From assembly GCA_026225255.1 (NCBI GenBank), contig JAMFSJ010000018.1, positions 2,934 to 66,933 on the forward strand: a stretch of 64,000 nucleotides of DNA. The letters are read 5' to 3'. The translations under genes and the position numbers were made by a program. The notes beneath the pieces were generated by a model that worked only from the letters and a program-made list of their open reading frames with translations, made no database searches and was not told the origin of the DNA. This DNA is from Methylacidimicrobium fagopyrum. GTDB taxonomy: Bacteria > Verrucomicrobiota > Verrucomicrobiia > Limisphaerales > UBA11358. Numbering within the stretch: position 1 is the first letter of the stretch; each line of letters opens with the position of its first letter. Below, in pieces: positions 52,055 through 62,645 of the stretch.

Positions 52055-52897
52055 TTATTTAACCTTCGTCCGCATGTAGTGGAAAAGATATTGCTGTGCG
52101 TAACCCGCGTGCGGGCCGAAATGCGTGGCGGCGAATTTGCGAAGTCGCTGGTCGCTCGCGCGGCGGCGCGAGAAATACAATTCTTGCAACGCGCGTTCGA
52201 TCCACACATCCACCGGAAACGCGGAATCAAAACCGTAGGCGAACAACAACACGCAGTCGGCAATCTTTTCGCCGACGCCGCGTAAGGTCATTAGTTGATG
52301 CTGCGCTTCGGCGTAAGCCAAGGTGCGGATTTTTTCCAAATCGAATTTGCCACTGTCAATCTGGCGCGCGGCGGCGAGCAGGCTCGGCGCGCGGAAACCC
52401 ATTTTGCATTCGCGTAAATCGGCTTCGCAGGCGGCGGCGATGCGTTGCGGCAGCGGAAAGCAAGCGGGGCCGGCGCCCAGGGAAGGTTCGCCAAAACGTT
52501 CACAGAGGAGCGCGACGATCTGCCGGATTTGCACGATTTGTTTGGTGGACGATAAGATAAATGACGCGAGACATTCCCACGGATCTTGCCGCAGCAAACG
52601 CAAGCCGGAACAACTGGTGACGGCGGCGTTCATCGGCGCGTCGTCGGGAAACGTTTTCAGCACCGCAGGGAGATCAATCTGGGTCTGCAAAAATTCACGG
52701 AGAAAACTCCAATCGGCGACGGGCGAAAAGGTTTGCGCGCAAATGCCACTTTCGATTTGCGTGAGGCGAACGGAATGTTGGCCGACGACGCCATGCCAAG
52801 AACCTTCGATTTGTCGCCAGCGAAAAACCTGGCCGGAATCCAGCGTCGCGGCGAGATCGTAATGAGCAACGGGCAGGATGATTTCAGTGGCCGGCAT
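52055..52897 (-). CDS. ogg: 8-oxoguanine DNA glycosylase / HhH-GPD family glycosylase
   Basis: ORF 52055..52945; the ATG at 52897 gives MPATEIILP. It has the HhH-GPD motif LMTLRGVGEKIADCVLLFAYG followed by FPVDVWI. Confidence 0.8.
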   Translation of the reverse strand: MPATEIILPVAHYDLAATLDSGQVFRWRQIEGSWHGVVGQHSVRLTQIESGICAQTFSPVADWSFLREFLQTQIDLPAVLKTFPDDAPMNAAVTSCSGLRLLRQDPWECLASFILSSTKQIVQIRQIVALLCERFGEPSLGAGPACFPLPQRIAAACEADLRECKMGFRAPSLLAAARQIDSGKFDLEKIRTLAYAEAQHQLMTLRGVGEKIADCVLLFAYGFDSAFPVDVWIERALQELYFSRRRASDQRLRKFAATHFGPHAGYAQQYLFHYMRTKVK

Positions 52898-52907
52898 TTT
52901 TGTTAAC

Positions 52908-52934
52908 CACGAAATACACGAAAGGCACGAAACA
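52908..52934. repeat. three tandem 9-bp units CACGAAANN (minus strand: NNTTTCGTG x3) just upstream of the glycosylase start codon
   Basis: Read directly: CACGAAATA CACGAAAGG CACGAAACA, lying 11 to 37 nt upstream of the ATG at 52897. Confidence 0.8.
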
Positions 52935-53141
52935 GACAAAAACATTTAACTGCGGAGGACACCGATGAAAGCTGCCATCGCGATCCAGCGAGCCGGCAAT
53001 TTTTTCGAATGAGCGCCCGCTGTATTCTTAGTGCTTCGGTGGCGAAACCCCATCTGCTCAATGAGGAAAGTTTTTTGCATAATTCCACATCCAGAGTTGC
53101 CAACTTACGCTAACTAGCAGACAGTTCCGCGCGGGAGAAAA

Positions 53142-54278
53142 ATGAACAGCATCGAAACCATCATCTGCCTGATTTTATTGCTCATGGGCGTGCCGGACTT
53201 GTGTCGCAAGTTCGGGCGTCCGGCGTTGGCCAATGCCTTCTTCGTCATCTTCGGCCTGTTGCTCGAACCGTTGGTTCAAACCGATGTCCGCACCATGGTC
53301 GAACAGATTGGCGAAGTGGGTTTCCTGCTCGTGCTGTTTGAGGTGGGGCTGGAAATCGATCTGCCGAAACTCCGCGATTTTCTAGTGCCGTTGCGCTTCG
53401 CATTCATCTGGTCGCTGGTGAATTACGTGCTCGTGCTCGCGCTCGCACATGCGGCGGGATTAAACCTGGCGCAGGGGATTTTGGCGGCGGCGGCGTTGAG
53501 CAGTTGCTCGTTGAGCATGGCGTATTTTGGCTGGAAACATTATCCCGGGCTGACGGGAGCGCCGCGCGATTTTGTTTTGCAAACCATGATTGCTCTGGAA
53601 GTGCTGGCGATTGTCATTTTGAGCGTCGGTGGCATCGCGGTGTCCCACGGCTTCGGTTGGCTGGTTTTATTGAAACTGGTGGGCATGGCGGTCACCGTTT
53701 ATCTGATCGGCCGGTTCGCTACGCACGTGGTGAAATTATTTCAATGGATCATCCAGAAAACCACCCACTGGCGCGTGCATTTTCTGGTGTTGCTCGTGCT
53801 GATCATCTGCGCGGTCGGCGAACATCTCGGGCTCTCGGCCGCGAAAACGGCATTTTTTTTGGGCCTCTTCATGAGTCGCGCCGAATTCCAAGGCCAAAGT
53901 GTCGAAGAATACATCGCGCCGATCAGCCGCCGTTTTTTGATCCCGATCTTTTTCGTGTCGCTCGGCCTGCTGATTGATGTGCAAATGCTTATTTCCTACA
54001 TTGCCTTGCTCGCGTTGCTAGGTGCGTTTTTATTGATCGGTTTCCGCGAAGTGATTCATCGTCGCTGGCTAAAAACCGGCGGCGACGGGCAAACCTATTT
54101 GTTACTGTGTCCTAATCTCACGATGGCCGCGCTCGCCGCGAAAACATTATTGGAAACCAAAAGCCAAACCGCCGCGTCGTGGGTCGTTTTGAGCGGATTA
54201 TTTTTATCGGTGATTTCGTTATTATTGTTGCCACGTGCCGTTGATGAAAATACAAAAACTGCCGTGCCGCAGAGTTAA
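53142..54278 (+). CDS. cation:proton antiporter (CPA family)
   Basis: 378 aa with about 11 TM segments. Resembles the Na+/H+ exchanger family (VLFEVGLEIDL block). Confidence 0.75.
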   Translation: MNSIETIICLILLLMGVPDLCRKFGRPALANAFFVIFGLLLEPLVQTDVRTMVEQIGEVGFLLVLFEVGLEIDLPKLRDFLVPLRFAFIWSLVNYVLVLALAHAAGLNLAQGILAAAALSSCSLSMAYFGWKHYPGLTGAPRDFVLQTMIALEVLAIVILSVGGIAVSHGFGWLVLLKLVGMAVTVYLIGRFATHVVKLFQWIIQKTTHWRVHFLVLLVLIICAVGEHLGLSAAKTAFFLGLFMSRAEFQGQSVEEYIAPISRRFLIPIFFVSLGLLIDVQMLISYIALLALLGAFLLIGFREVIHRRWLKTGGDGQTYLLLCPNLTMAALAAKTLLETKSQTAASWVVLSGLFLSVISLLLLPRAVDENTKTAVPQS

Positions 54279-54321
54279 AACAAAACGATGGGTGAGATTT
54301 TATCGGGCTCGCCTTAATGAA

Positions 54322-54963
54322 TCACTCCGCCTTTTCTTCCAGCGAGGAAAACTGATTCGTGTCCGGGTCGTAGGCAAATAATTCCGCCGTGGCGATTTTG
54401 AAAAACCAGCCATGCAAACGCAACGTTCCGTCCGCGAGCCGCTCTTGCACGCAGGGATAACTGTGTAAATTATCCAGACCGAACAGCACGTTTTCTTCCG
54501 CTGCCGCAGTTTCTTGTTCCACACTTTCGCGCAGGTGCGTGTAACTTTTCTTGATCGTTTCCAGTGCGGGCGCGGCAAGATTTAACCAGTCGCGCAAATG
54601 CGGCGTGGAATCGCTGACCGGTTTCTTCGCGAGCAAGGCGGCAATGGCACCGCATTGCGAATGGCCGCAGATGACGATGTCATTCACGCGCAACGTTTCC
54701 ACCGCAAATTCAATGGCGGCGGCGGTGGAGTTCGTGTCGCCCATCGCGCTGGCGGGCGGGACGATGTTGCCGACGTTTTTGACGACGAACAGATCGCCCG
54801 GTTTGCTCTGTGTGATGAGTTCGGCAAGGACACGCGAATCCGAACACGTGATGAACAGCGTGTGCGGATTCTGCCCTTCCTGCGACAGCTTGCGAAAAAG
54901 CTTCCGGTAATTCCCGAACTCGTCGTTCCGGAATTTGTGGACGCCTTCGATGAGCCGTTCCAT
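54322..54963 (-). CDS. beta-class carbonic anhydrase
   Basis: 213 aa with the zinc-ligand motifs CSDSRV and HSQCGA. Confidence 0.9.
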   Translation of the reverse strand: MERLIEGVHKFRNDEFGNYRKLFRKLSQEGQNPHTLFITCSDSRVLAELITQSKPGDLFVVKNVGNIVPPASAMGDTNSTAAAIEFAVETLRVNDIVICGHSQCGAIAALLAKKPVSDSTPHLRDWLNLAAPALETIKKSYTHLRESVEQETAAAEENVLFGLDNLHSYPCVQERLADGTLRLHGWFFKIATAELFAYDPDTNQFSSLEEKAE

Positions 54964-54972
54964 GGTGAAATT

Positions 54973-55470
54973 TTATTGCGCGAGCGTTTTATTTTTGGCG
55001 CGCGATTCTTCCATGAGGCGCACTTTGAATTTCTTCAATTCTTCCTGCAAGTGCGCATCGCCAACGGCGAGAATTTGCACGGCGAGAATACCGGCATTGC
55101 GTCCCCCGCCCACGGCGACCGTCGCGACCGGCACACCCGGCGGCATTTGCACAATGGCCAGTAAAGAATCAAAGCCATCAAACGCTTTGCCTAAGATCGG
55201 CACGCCGATGACGGGCAATATGGTGAACGCGGCCGTGACGCCCGGCAGATGCGCCGCGCCGCCGGCACCGGCGATGATGACGCGGATGCCGCGTTGCGGG
55301 GCCGTCGAAACATATTCTTCGAGGCCGCGCGGATCGCGATGCGCCGAGATGACTTTGGCTTCGCTGACGATGCCGAATTCCGTCAAGGCATCGGCGGCGG
55401 CTTTCATGGTCGGCCAATCCGAATCGCTGCCCATTAAAATCCCAACTTGCGGTAAATTTGTTTTGCTCAT
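54973..55470 (-). CDS. purE: 5-(carboxyamino)imidazole ribonucleotide mutase
   Basis: 165 aa with blocks VGILMGSDSDWPTM, SAHR and IAGAGGAAHLPG. Confidence 0.95.
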   Translation of the reverse strand: MSKTNLPQVGILMGSDSDWPTMKAAADALTEFGIVSEAKVISAHRDPRGLEEYVSTAPQRGIRVIIAGAGGAAHLPGVTAAFTILPVIGVPILGKAFDGFDSLLAIVQMPPGVPVATVAVGGGRNAGILAVQILAVGDAHLQEELKKFKVRLMEESRAKNKTLAQ

Positions 55471-55675
55471 GAATTTTTAAATTTTTTGATCCGCTATTCA
55501 ATTGCGGTTTCGGCAAGAAGTTAGCAATGTGTGCCGCCGGACGCAACGTCATCATTTAACCGTTTAAAAATTAACGCGCTTTAACGATGCGTGGGTATTC
55601 CGAATACGTGCCGATCCAAAACCAGTAGTAATATTATCGCGGAACAACGCAAGCGAATCATAATCTTCGGGCAGC

Positions 55676-56632
55676 TTATCCCATCGGACTTCCCGCCAAG
55701 TCCACGACGCTTTGCCATTCTGTCATGCCTTCGCTCCAATACTGCGCATCGCGGCTGATTTCGCCGTGCCGCAGTTTAATCTGCACCTGCGTGAGCGTGA
55801 AAGGGCCCGTTTGCGCGGTGCCATCAAACAAGAAAATGGTTGGCGTTTCCAGCGTGTTCATCGGCGCATTAATCGGCGCATAGGCAACGGCAATTATTTT
55901 GGTCGGATCGATGATGAGACCGGACGAGATTGTTTCCACTGCGTCATTTTCTTTTCGGCGAACGAGCCATTTATAAATCATGATCAAGGTCACGCCGCCG
56001 AGCAAGCCGCCGACATGCGCGCCAAAAGCCACGCCGCCGCCGCGTTGTTCGGACAGCATGCCAATGACCGCCCACAAGAGATCTTTCGCGAACCAGAACG
56101 TGATCGCGATCCACGCGGGAATTTCAAATTCGCCCGCCTTAATGACGATGAACCAGAAAAAATATTTGAATTCGATATCCGCATCGGCGCGCAGTAACAA
56201 ATACATGCCCATGCACGCGCTGATCGCGCCCGACGCGCCACCCATTGGAATTTCCGAGGTGAAATGTCCCGGCAACATCGCGATATAAACCAGTTCCGCC
56301 GCCAGCCCGCCGAGCAGGTAAAAAATTAAAAATTTCACGCGCCCGATCAGGTCTTCCACGCACGCGCCGAACAGGAAAAGAAAAATCATGTTGCCCGCCA
56401 GATGAAAAATTCCGGCGTGAACGAACATGGAGGTCAGAAATGTCCAGAAAAAGGATTGGGCCGGGATCAGCCAGAGGTATTGCATGATCCAGATTTCTGA
56501 ATCACTGCCTTGCGAAAAGTAACAGATCAGCGAAACCAGATAGACCAACGTGTTGACACCGATGAGGGAAAGCGTGACCAACGGGAGCCGTTCGGTCCGG
56601 TAATTCATTCCGACTGGTATCGCGATGAACAT
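55676..56632 (-). CDS. rhomboid family intramembrane serine protease with a C-terminal GYF_2-like domain
   Basis: 318 aa with the GASGA catalytic Ser region (GGASGAISA) and His in AHVGG. The C-terminal tail reads FLFDGTAQTGPFTLTQVQIKLRHGEISRDAQYWSEGMTEWQSV. Confidence 0.85.
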   Translation of the reverse strand: MFIAIPVGMNYRTERLPLVTLSLIGVNTLVYLVSLICYFSQGSDSEIWIMQYLWLIPAQSFFWTFLTSMFVHAGIFHLAGNMIFLFLFGACVEDLIGRVKFLIFYLLGGLAAELVYIAMLPGHFTSEIPMGGASGAISACMGMYLLLRADADIEFKYFFWFIVIKAGEFEIPAWIAITFWFAKDLLWAVIGMLSEQRGGGVAFGAHVGGLLGGVTLIMIYKWLVRRKENDAVETISSGLIIDPTKIIAVAYAPINAPMNTLETPTIFLFDGTAQTGPFTLTQVQIKLRHGEISRDAQYWSEGMTEWQSVVDLAGSPMG

Positions 56633-56739
56633 GACGCTTCTGAGTGCGGCCAGTCAAAGCCATCAGGTCCGGCGAGTCAAGCGCTGGCCGTTAAAAAAGG
56701 CGCTCGCACGGGGGCGTTGCTGCCTTGTAACATCCACGC

Positions 56740-58129
<1,390 letters not shown>

Positions 58130-58146
<17 letters not shown>

Positions 58147-58738
58147 CCGCCGCCCGCGTTTTCTCCGGCGTCTCGTGCAAGATTGCCCGCCAGCCGCGCG
58201 CTTTCCCGGCCTCGAAATTTTCTAGGCGATCATCAATATAGATTAAATCCGCGCCGCGTTTGCCGGTCATGGTTTCCATCGCTTCATAGATTTTCGGCTG
58301 CGGCTTCATGCCGCCGACTTCATAGGAAAAAATATAGCCGTCGAAATTTTTGAAAAATGGAAAATCACGGCGCACATGTTCGATGGCCAGATCGTTCGTA
58401 TTGGAAAAAATGTAAGTCTTAAAACCACGTTGCCGCAGTTCGGCGTGCAGCGCGATCATCGGCGAAATCTCGGTGAAAATCTCGGCAAAATAAGCGTTGA
58501 ACTCGGCGACCGTTCCTTGAAAACCGGTGGCGGTATTGATGGCGGCAAAAAATTCAGCGCGCATAATCTGGCCGCATTCGTATTGCCACAACAATGGTGA
58601 CGTCGCGAGATATTCGTGAAACTGTTCCGGCGGCGTGGTGCTGCGCGCGGCAATTTTCTTCGCGGCAATCGACCAGTCAAAATCCACCAGCACTTTGCCG
58701 AGGTCGAAGATAAAAACGGGAGAAGTCATAAAGGTCAA
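58130..58738 (-). CDS. HAD-superfamily hydrolase
   Basis: 202 aa with motif I-like IFDLGKVLVDFD and a C-terminal YIDD motif. It overlaps the convergent photolyase 3' end by 17 nt. Confidence 0.7.
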
Positions 58739-58740
58739 TC

Positions 58741-58804
58741 AATGACGAATGACGGATGACGAATTGTCCATGGCGAACGTGTTTTCCATTCGTTATTCGT
58801 CATT
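58741..58804. repeat. inverted repeat with (AATGACG)n arms in the recR-HAD spacer
   Basis: AATGACGAAT (58741-58750) pairs with ATTCGTCATT (58795-58804). Inner partial pairing: ATGACGAAT / ATTCGTTAT. Confidence 0.85.
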
Positions 58805-58810
58805 TGAAAT

Positions 58811-59410
58811 TCAATGCATCTCCCGCCGGCCCTCGAGCGCGCGGTTGAGCGTCAATTCGTCGGCGAACTCCAAGCCGCTGCCCGCCGGCAAACCGTAGGC
58901 GATGCGAGAAATTTTCAAGCCGCCGCGCGCCAGCCGTTTCGCGAGATAATTGCTCGTCGCGTCGCCTTCTACATCCGTGCCGAGCGCGATGACGATTTCA
59001 CGAATCGGCTCGGTAGTCAGGCGACTTTCCAATTCCGCGATGCGTAAATCGTCCGGGCCGACGCCGTCGAGCGGTGAAATTTTTCCACCGAGCACATGAA
59101 ATTTACCGCGATACGAACCGGATTTTTCCACGCTCAAAATATCCACCGGGCGTTCCACCACGCAAACGAGCGATGCATCGCGCCGCGGATCTTCGCAAAG
59201 AGAGCAGGGGGATTTTTCGGTTAGCGAACCGCAGACGTCGCAAAATTTAATTTTTTCGCGCGCATGCAACACGCTGCCAGCGAGATGTTGCGCCGCCGCG
59301 ACATCCGCCTGCACGATGTGCAACGCGATGCGTTCCGCCGAGCGCGGTCCGACGCCGGGCAGTTTGGCGAGCGCGGCGATCAGCGCGGTGATGGAATCGG
59401 GTAAAGCCAT
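58811..59410 (-). CDS. recR: recombination protein RecR
   Basis: 199 aa with an HhH N-terminus (LPGVGPRSAERIA), the zinc finger CDVCGSLTEKSPCSLC, and a Toprim domain. Confidence 0.95.
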   Translation of the reverse strand: MALPDSITALIAALAKLPGVGPRSAERIALHIVQADVAAAQHLAGSVLHAREKIKFCDVCGSLTEKSPCSLCEDPRRDASLVCVVERPVDILSVEKSGSYRGKFHVLGGKISPLDGVGPDDLRIAELESRLTTEPIREIVIALGTDVEGDATSNYLAKRLARGGLKISRIAYGLPAGSGLEFADELTLNRALEGRREMH

Positions 59411-59413
59411 TTC

Positions 59414-59478
59414 TCATCCTCATCCTCGTCCTCGTCCTTCATCCTCGATTAGGAGAACGACGGCGACGACGAGGATGA
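59414..59478. repeat. inverted repeat with (CATCCTCGTC)n / (GACGAGGATG)n arms in the ybaB-recR spacer
   Basis: TCATCCTCGTC (59420-59430) pairs with GACGAGGATGA (59468-59478). The flanking arm sequence is low-complexity. Confidence 0.8.
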
Positions 59479-59485
59479 CAAAAAA

Positions 59486-59797
59486 TCACATCATTCCCGG
59501 CAGATTCATGCCCGCCGTGACTTTGCCCATTTCCGCGTTGGAAATATCTTTGGCCTGGCCGAGCGCTTGATTGGCGGCGGTGAGAATCATGTCTTCGAGC
59601 AACTGCGCGTCGGACGGATTCAACGCCTGCGGATCAATTTTGATCGCGGCAATCGAGCCGTCGCATTTGGCAGTGATTTTCACCGCGCCGCCGCCGCTGG
59701 TGGCTTCGACCGTGCGCACGGCGAGCTCCGCCTGCACTTGTTCCATTTGCTGCTGCATGCGTGCAGCCTGTTTCATGAGTTTTCCGATGCTGGACAT
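59486..59797 (-). CDS. ybaB: YbaB/EbfC family nucleoid-associated protein
   Basis: 103 aa with typical family blocks: MKQAARMQQQMEQVQAEL...GGGAVKITAKCDG... Confidence 0.9.
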   Translation of the reverse strand: MSSIGKLMKQAARMQQQMEQVQAELAVRTVEATSGGGAVKITAKCDGSIAAIKIDPQALNPSDAQLLEDMILTAANQALGQAKDISNAEMGKVTAGMNLPGMM

Positions 59798-59840
59798 ATT
59801 AGATGACAGTTAAAAGTTGATGGTTGATAGAAAATGAAAA

Positions 59841-61676
59841 TTACGCGCGCACTTCGACGATCGTGCCTTTGAAAATTTCCAGCGCTTTTTGGATGAGCGG
59901 ATCGTTTTTAAATTCTTCTTTGTTGAAGACAACGGCCGTCGTTTTTTTCTCAGCCACGGGCGCAGTGGCTTCAGCAGGTTTTCCACCAACGCTGGAAGGC
60001 GGGGCAGTTTTGGCGGCAGCGGGCGCCGGTGTTGGCGGCGTCAAAACCGAAACAGTTTTGCGTTCCCAATTGGCCGGCGCTTCGGATTTGATGAATTTAA
60101 TCATCGCATTCGGATGGCCCATTTCGGCGAGTTTCGTGGTGATCAACGTATGATTGCGCGAATTGTCCACGAGCGCGAGATGATCAATGAATTCAGGATC
60201 AAAACCGATGATGAAAATATTTTTCTCGAACGAAACCGGATGCGCGTCAATCAGGTAACCGCGCGTGAACATGCTGACGCGACCGACGGCGTCCACGAGT
60301 TGATGCCACAGTTCGGTCAGATTAAAATTACCCGAAGTTGGCGCGACGGCGGCGGCGGCAGGTTGAACCACGGGCGGTGGTGTCGGCGTGGCTGCGGTAG
60401 TTTTTGGAGTTGTAGCTGGTGTAGGGGCAACCGCTTCACGCAATGAAAAGGCTGGGGCGGGCGCTGGGGAAATTGGTTTGGCTGGAGCTGCAATCGGAGC
60501 CGACTGGACAGGCGAGACGCCTGTCCCACTACTGGTTTGTCCACGCAACTGGTTTAGTTGTTTCAACACGACGTCGAGGCTCATCGCGCTGCGGGCTTCG
60601 ATGGCGCGGAGCAGCGAGACTTCGAGGAGAATTTTTTTGGACGCGGCATCGCGCAAGCGCAATTCTGCATCGGCCAGCACTTCAAGAATGCGCGTCAGTG
60701 AATCCGTATTCGCGAGCGAAAGTTGTTCTTTCAGCGCGGCAATTTCCGCTTCCGAGGCTTCGAGCAGATTTAGATCACCTTTGGAAACTTGAAAGATCAG
60801 CAAATTGCGAAAATGATTCAGCAGATCGCCGAGCAAACGGCCGAGGTCTTTGCCGCCGCGTGCGAGTTCATCCAATTGCGTGAGCGCCATGGAAACGTCG
60901 CCGGCGAGCACGGCGTGGCTTAATTTGAGAATTTGATTTTGCGCGGCCAGACCGAACATTGAGAGCACGTCAGCCTCTTCGATTTTATCGCCGCAAAAGC
61001 TGATGAGCTGGTCGAGCGTGGACTCCGCATCGCGCATCCCGCCGTCGGCACCGCGCGCGATGGCGTGCAAGGCCGCAGCATCAATCGTGACGTTTTCTTT
61101 ACCGGCAATTTCTGCGAGATGTTTGGTGATGAGCGCACTGGGAATCCGACGGAGATCAAAGCGTTGGCAACGCGAGAGAATCGTCGGCAACACCTTTTCC
61201 GGATCGGTCGTCGCGAACATGAATTTCACATGCGCCGGCGGTTCTTCGAGCGTTTTCAGCAACGCGTTGAACGCCGCCGTGGAAAGCATGTGAACTTCGT
61301 CAATAATGTAGATTTTGAACGACGAATTCGCGGGGGCATATTTGCAGGTCTCGCGCAATTCGCGGACTTGTTCGACGCCGTTATTGCTTGCCCCGTCGAT
61401 TTCCAGCACGTCGAGCGAACGGCCTTCGGTGATTTCTTGAACGCGCGAATCGCTATCGTCGAAATCAATTTTCGGTCCGCCGGTGCAGTTGAGGGCTTTG
61501 GCAAAAATACGGGCGATGGTGGTCTTGCCGGTGCCGCGCGGGCCGCAAAAAAGATACGCGTGCGCGATGCGTTTCTGCGCGATGGCGTTGGCGAGCGTCT
61601 GCGTGACGTGTTCTTGTCCAACGACATCCGCGAACTTCTGCGGACGATATTTGCGGGCGATTACTTGATAGGCCAT
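59841..61676 (-). CDS. dnaX: DNA polymerase III subunit gamma/tau
   Basis: 611 aa with Walker A (GPRGTGKTT), the YKIYIIDEVHML box, and SRCQRFDL. It has a P/A-rich linker and a C-terminal tau domain. Confidence 0.95.
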   Translation of the reverse strand: MAYQVIARKYRPQKFADVVGQEHVTQTLANAIAQKRIAHAYLFCGPRGTGKTTIARIFAKALNCTGGPKIDFDDSDSRVQEITEGRSLDVLEIDGASNNGVEQVRELRETCKYAPANSSFKIYIIDEVHMLSTAAFNALLKTLEEPPAHVKFMFATTDPEKVLPTILSRCQRFDLRRIPSALITKHLAEIAGKENVTIDAAALHAIARGADGGMRDAESTLDQLISFCGDKIEEADVLSMFGLAAQNQILKLSHAVLAGDVSMALTQLDELARGGKDLGRLLGDLLNHFRNLLIFQVSKGDLNLLEASEAEIAALKEQLSLANTDSLTRILEVLADAELRLRDAASKKILLEVSLLRAIEARSAMSLDVVLKQLNQLRGQTSSGTGVSPVQSAPIAAPAKPISPAPAPAFSLREAVAPTPATTPKTTAATPTPPPVVQPAAAAVAPTSGNFNLTELWHQLVDAVGRVSMFTRGYLIDAHPVSFEKNIFIIGFDPEFIDHLALVDNSRNHTLITTKLAEMGHPNAMIKFIKSEAPANWERKTVSVLTPPTPAPAAAKTAPPSSVGGKPAEATAPVAEKKTTAVVFNKEEFKNDPLIQKALEIFKGTIVEVRA

Positions 61677-61685
61677 ATAACGAAG

Positions 61686-61766
61686 GTTGAAGTATGAAGT
61701 ATGAACGATGAAAAGAAAACAAATCGTGAAAGTGCGGCGAAATTATTTCAACCTTCATCCTTCAAC
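61686..61766. repeat. inverted repeat with (GTTGAAGKATGAAG) arms between the SRP RNA and dnaX
   Basis: GTTGAAGTATGAAG (61686-61699) pairs with CTTCATCCTTCAAC (61753-61766) at 13 of 14 positions, leaving a 53-nt loop. Confidence 0.8.
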
Positions 61767-61786
61767 TTTTAACCTTTTAAAAAAGT

Positions 61787-61879
61787 GTCAGGGTGACCAC
61801 GGCAGACGCAGAGCAAAGTGCCGTTGCTGCCTTCCGGCCCTGGCGGGGTTCGTAAGTCCACATTCCATGGGCCCTGACG
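61787..61879 (-). ncRNA. ffs: signal recognition particle RNA (small/4.5S type)
   Basis: The minus strand reads GUCAGGGCCCAUGG...CCGCCAGGGCCGGAAGGCAGCAACGG...CCGUGGUCACCCUGAC. It has the conserved domain IV (CAGG / GGAA tetraloop / AGCA) and a closing terminal helix. It sits in the conserved position upstream of dnaX-ybaB-recR. Confidence 0.75.
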
Positions 61880-61926
61880 CGATCAAATTGCCGGAAAATT
61901 GACCGGCTGTCGAGGGAAAGAAAACC

Positions 61927-62511
61927 TCAAAACGGATTCACCCCGTAGCGAATCCAATAGCCGGGCAGTTTCAGAAATTCCAGTCGCATCCGTTTTTTGG
62001 TGCCGAGTTTATTCCAATCCTCGGCGGCAAAGGCGTAATACGCCGGGCGCGAGTAAAATTGAATTTCCGGCGCGTAATGTTCGAAGGTCTTCAGCGCGCG
62101 CCGCGAGTGATACCACGACGTGACGAGAATTACGCGATGCATGTTTTCGGCGTGCAATAATTTGATGGTAAATTCCGCATTCTGCTGCGTCGTCTTAGAT
62201 TTGTTTTCAACCTCAATGGCGTTGGCGGGCACGCCTTCTTTCAGCAAAATCTGGCGATTAATTTCATCATCGCCTTCGCCGGTAAGGAGGATGCGGGGCG
62301 CGACATGTTGCTTGAATAATTCCGCCGCGCGCACCGGACGTTCGTGCAAGCCGCCGCCGAGCACGACGATCACATCGCTGGAAACATTGGGGCCGCTGTC
62401 CACGCAGATGAATTTTTCCGGATTGTAATAAGCGAGCAACCCCAGCACCGTCACCAAAACGGTGACGAGAATGAAGGTTCGGAAAATCAATTTGCTGATC
62501 ACGCGGGACAA
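61927..62511 (-). CDS. YdcF/ElyC (DUF218) family protein
   Basis: 194 aa with an N-terminal TM segment and the blocks VIVVLGGGL...ILLTGEG...ENKSKTTQQNA...ILVTSWYHSRRA. Confidence 0.8.
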   Translation of the reverse strand: MSRVISKLIFRTFILVTVLVTVLGLLAYYNPEKFICVDSGPNVSSDVIVVLGGGLHERPVRAAELFKQHVAPRILLTGEGDDEINRQILLKEGVPANAIEVENKSKTTQQNAEFTIKLLHAENMHRVILVTSWYHSRRALKTFEHYAPEIQFYSRPAYYAFAAEDWNKLGTKKRMRLEFLKLPGYWIRYGVNPF

Positions 62512-62645
62512 TTAAGCAGGTCGCACGACATTTTCAAAATTCAAAAACAGCAAAAAATTTTCACCACGAAATACCTGATGCCTGCGAAAATTAAACTTCG
62601 GCCGGTGCGCAGCGTCACTTTCACGCCGCCCAACTTCTCGCCGGA

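Noticed and set aside
51952-52263. N-terminal 104 codons of ORF 51436..52263
   Set aside because: This part overlaps the 3' end of the glycosylase gene and is Arg/Cys-rich nonsense. The HAD motif I (DMDGV) follows directly after the internal ATG at 51951.
60628-60645. A7 run in dnaX (TCC AAA AAA ATT, and a second one near 59943-59949) as a gamma-subunit frameshift or slippage site
   Set aside because: The first lies inside domain III, and the -1 frame stays open for many codons rather than stopping quickly. The second lies about 35 codons from the C-terminus. Neither has the E. coli-type A AAA AAG heptamer with a downstream hairpin.
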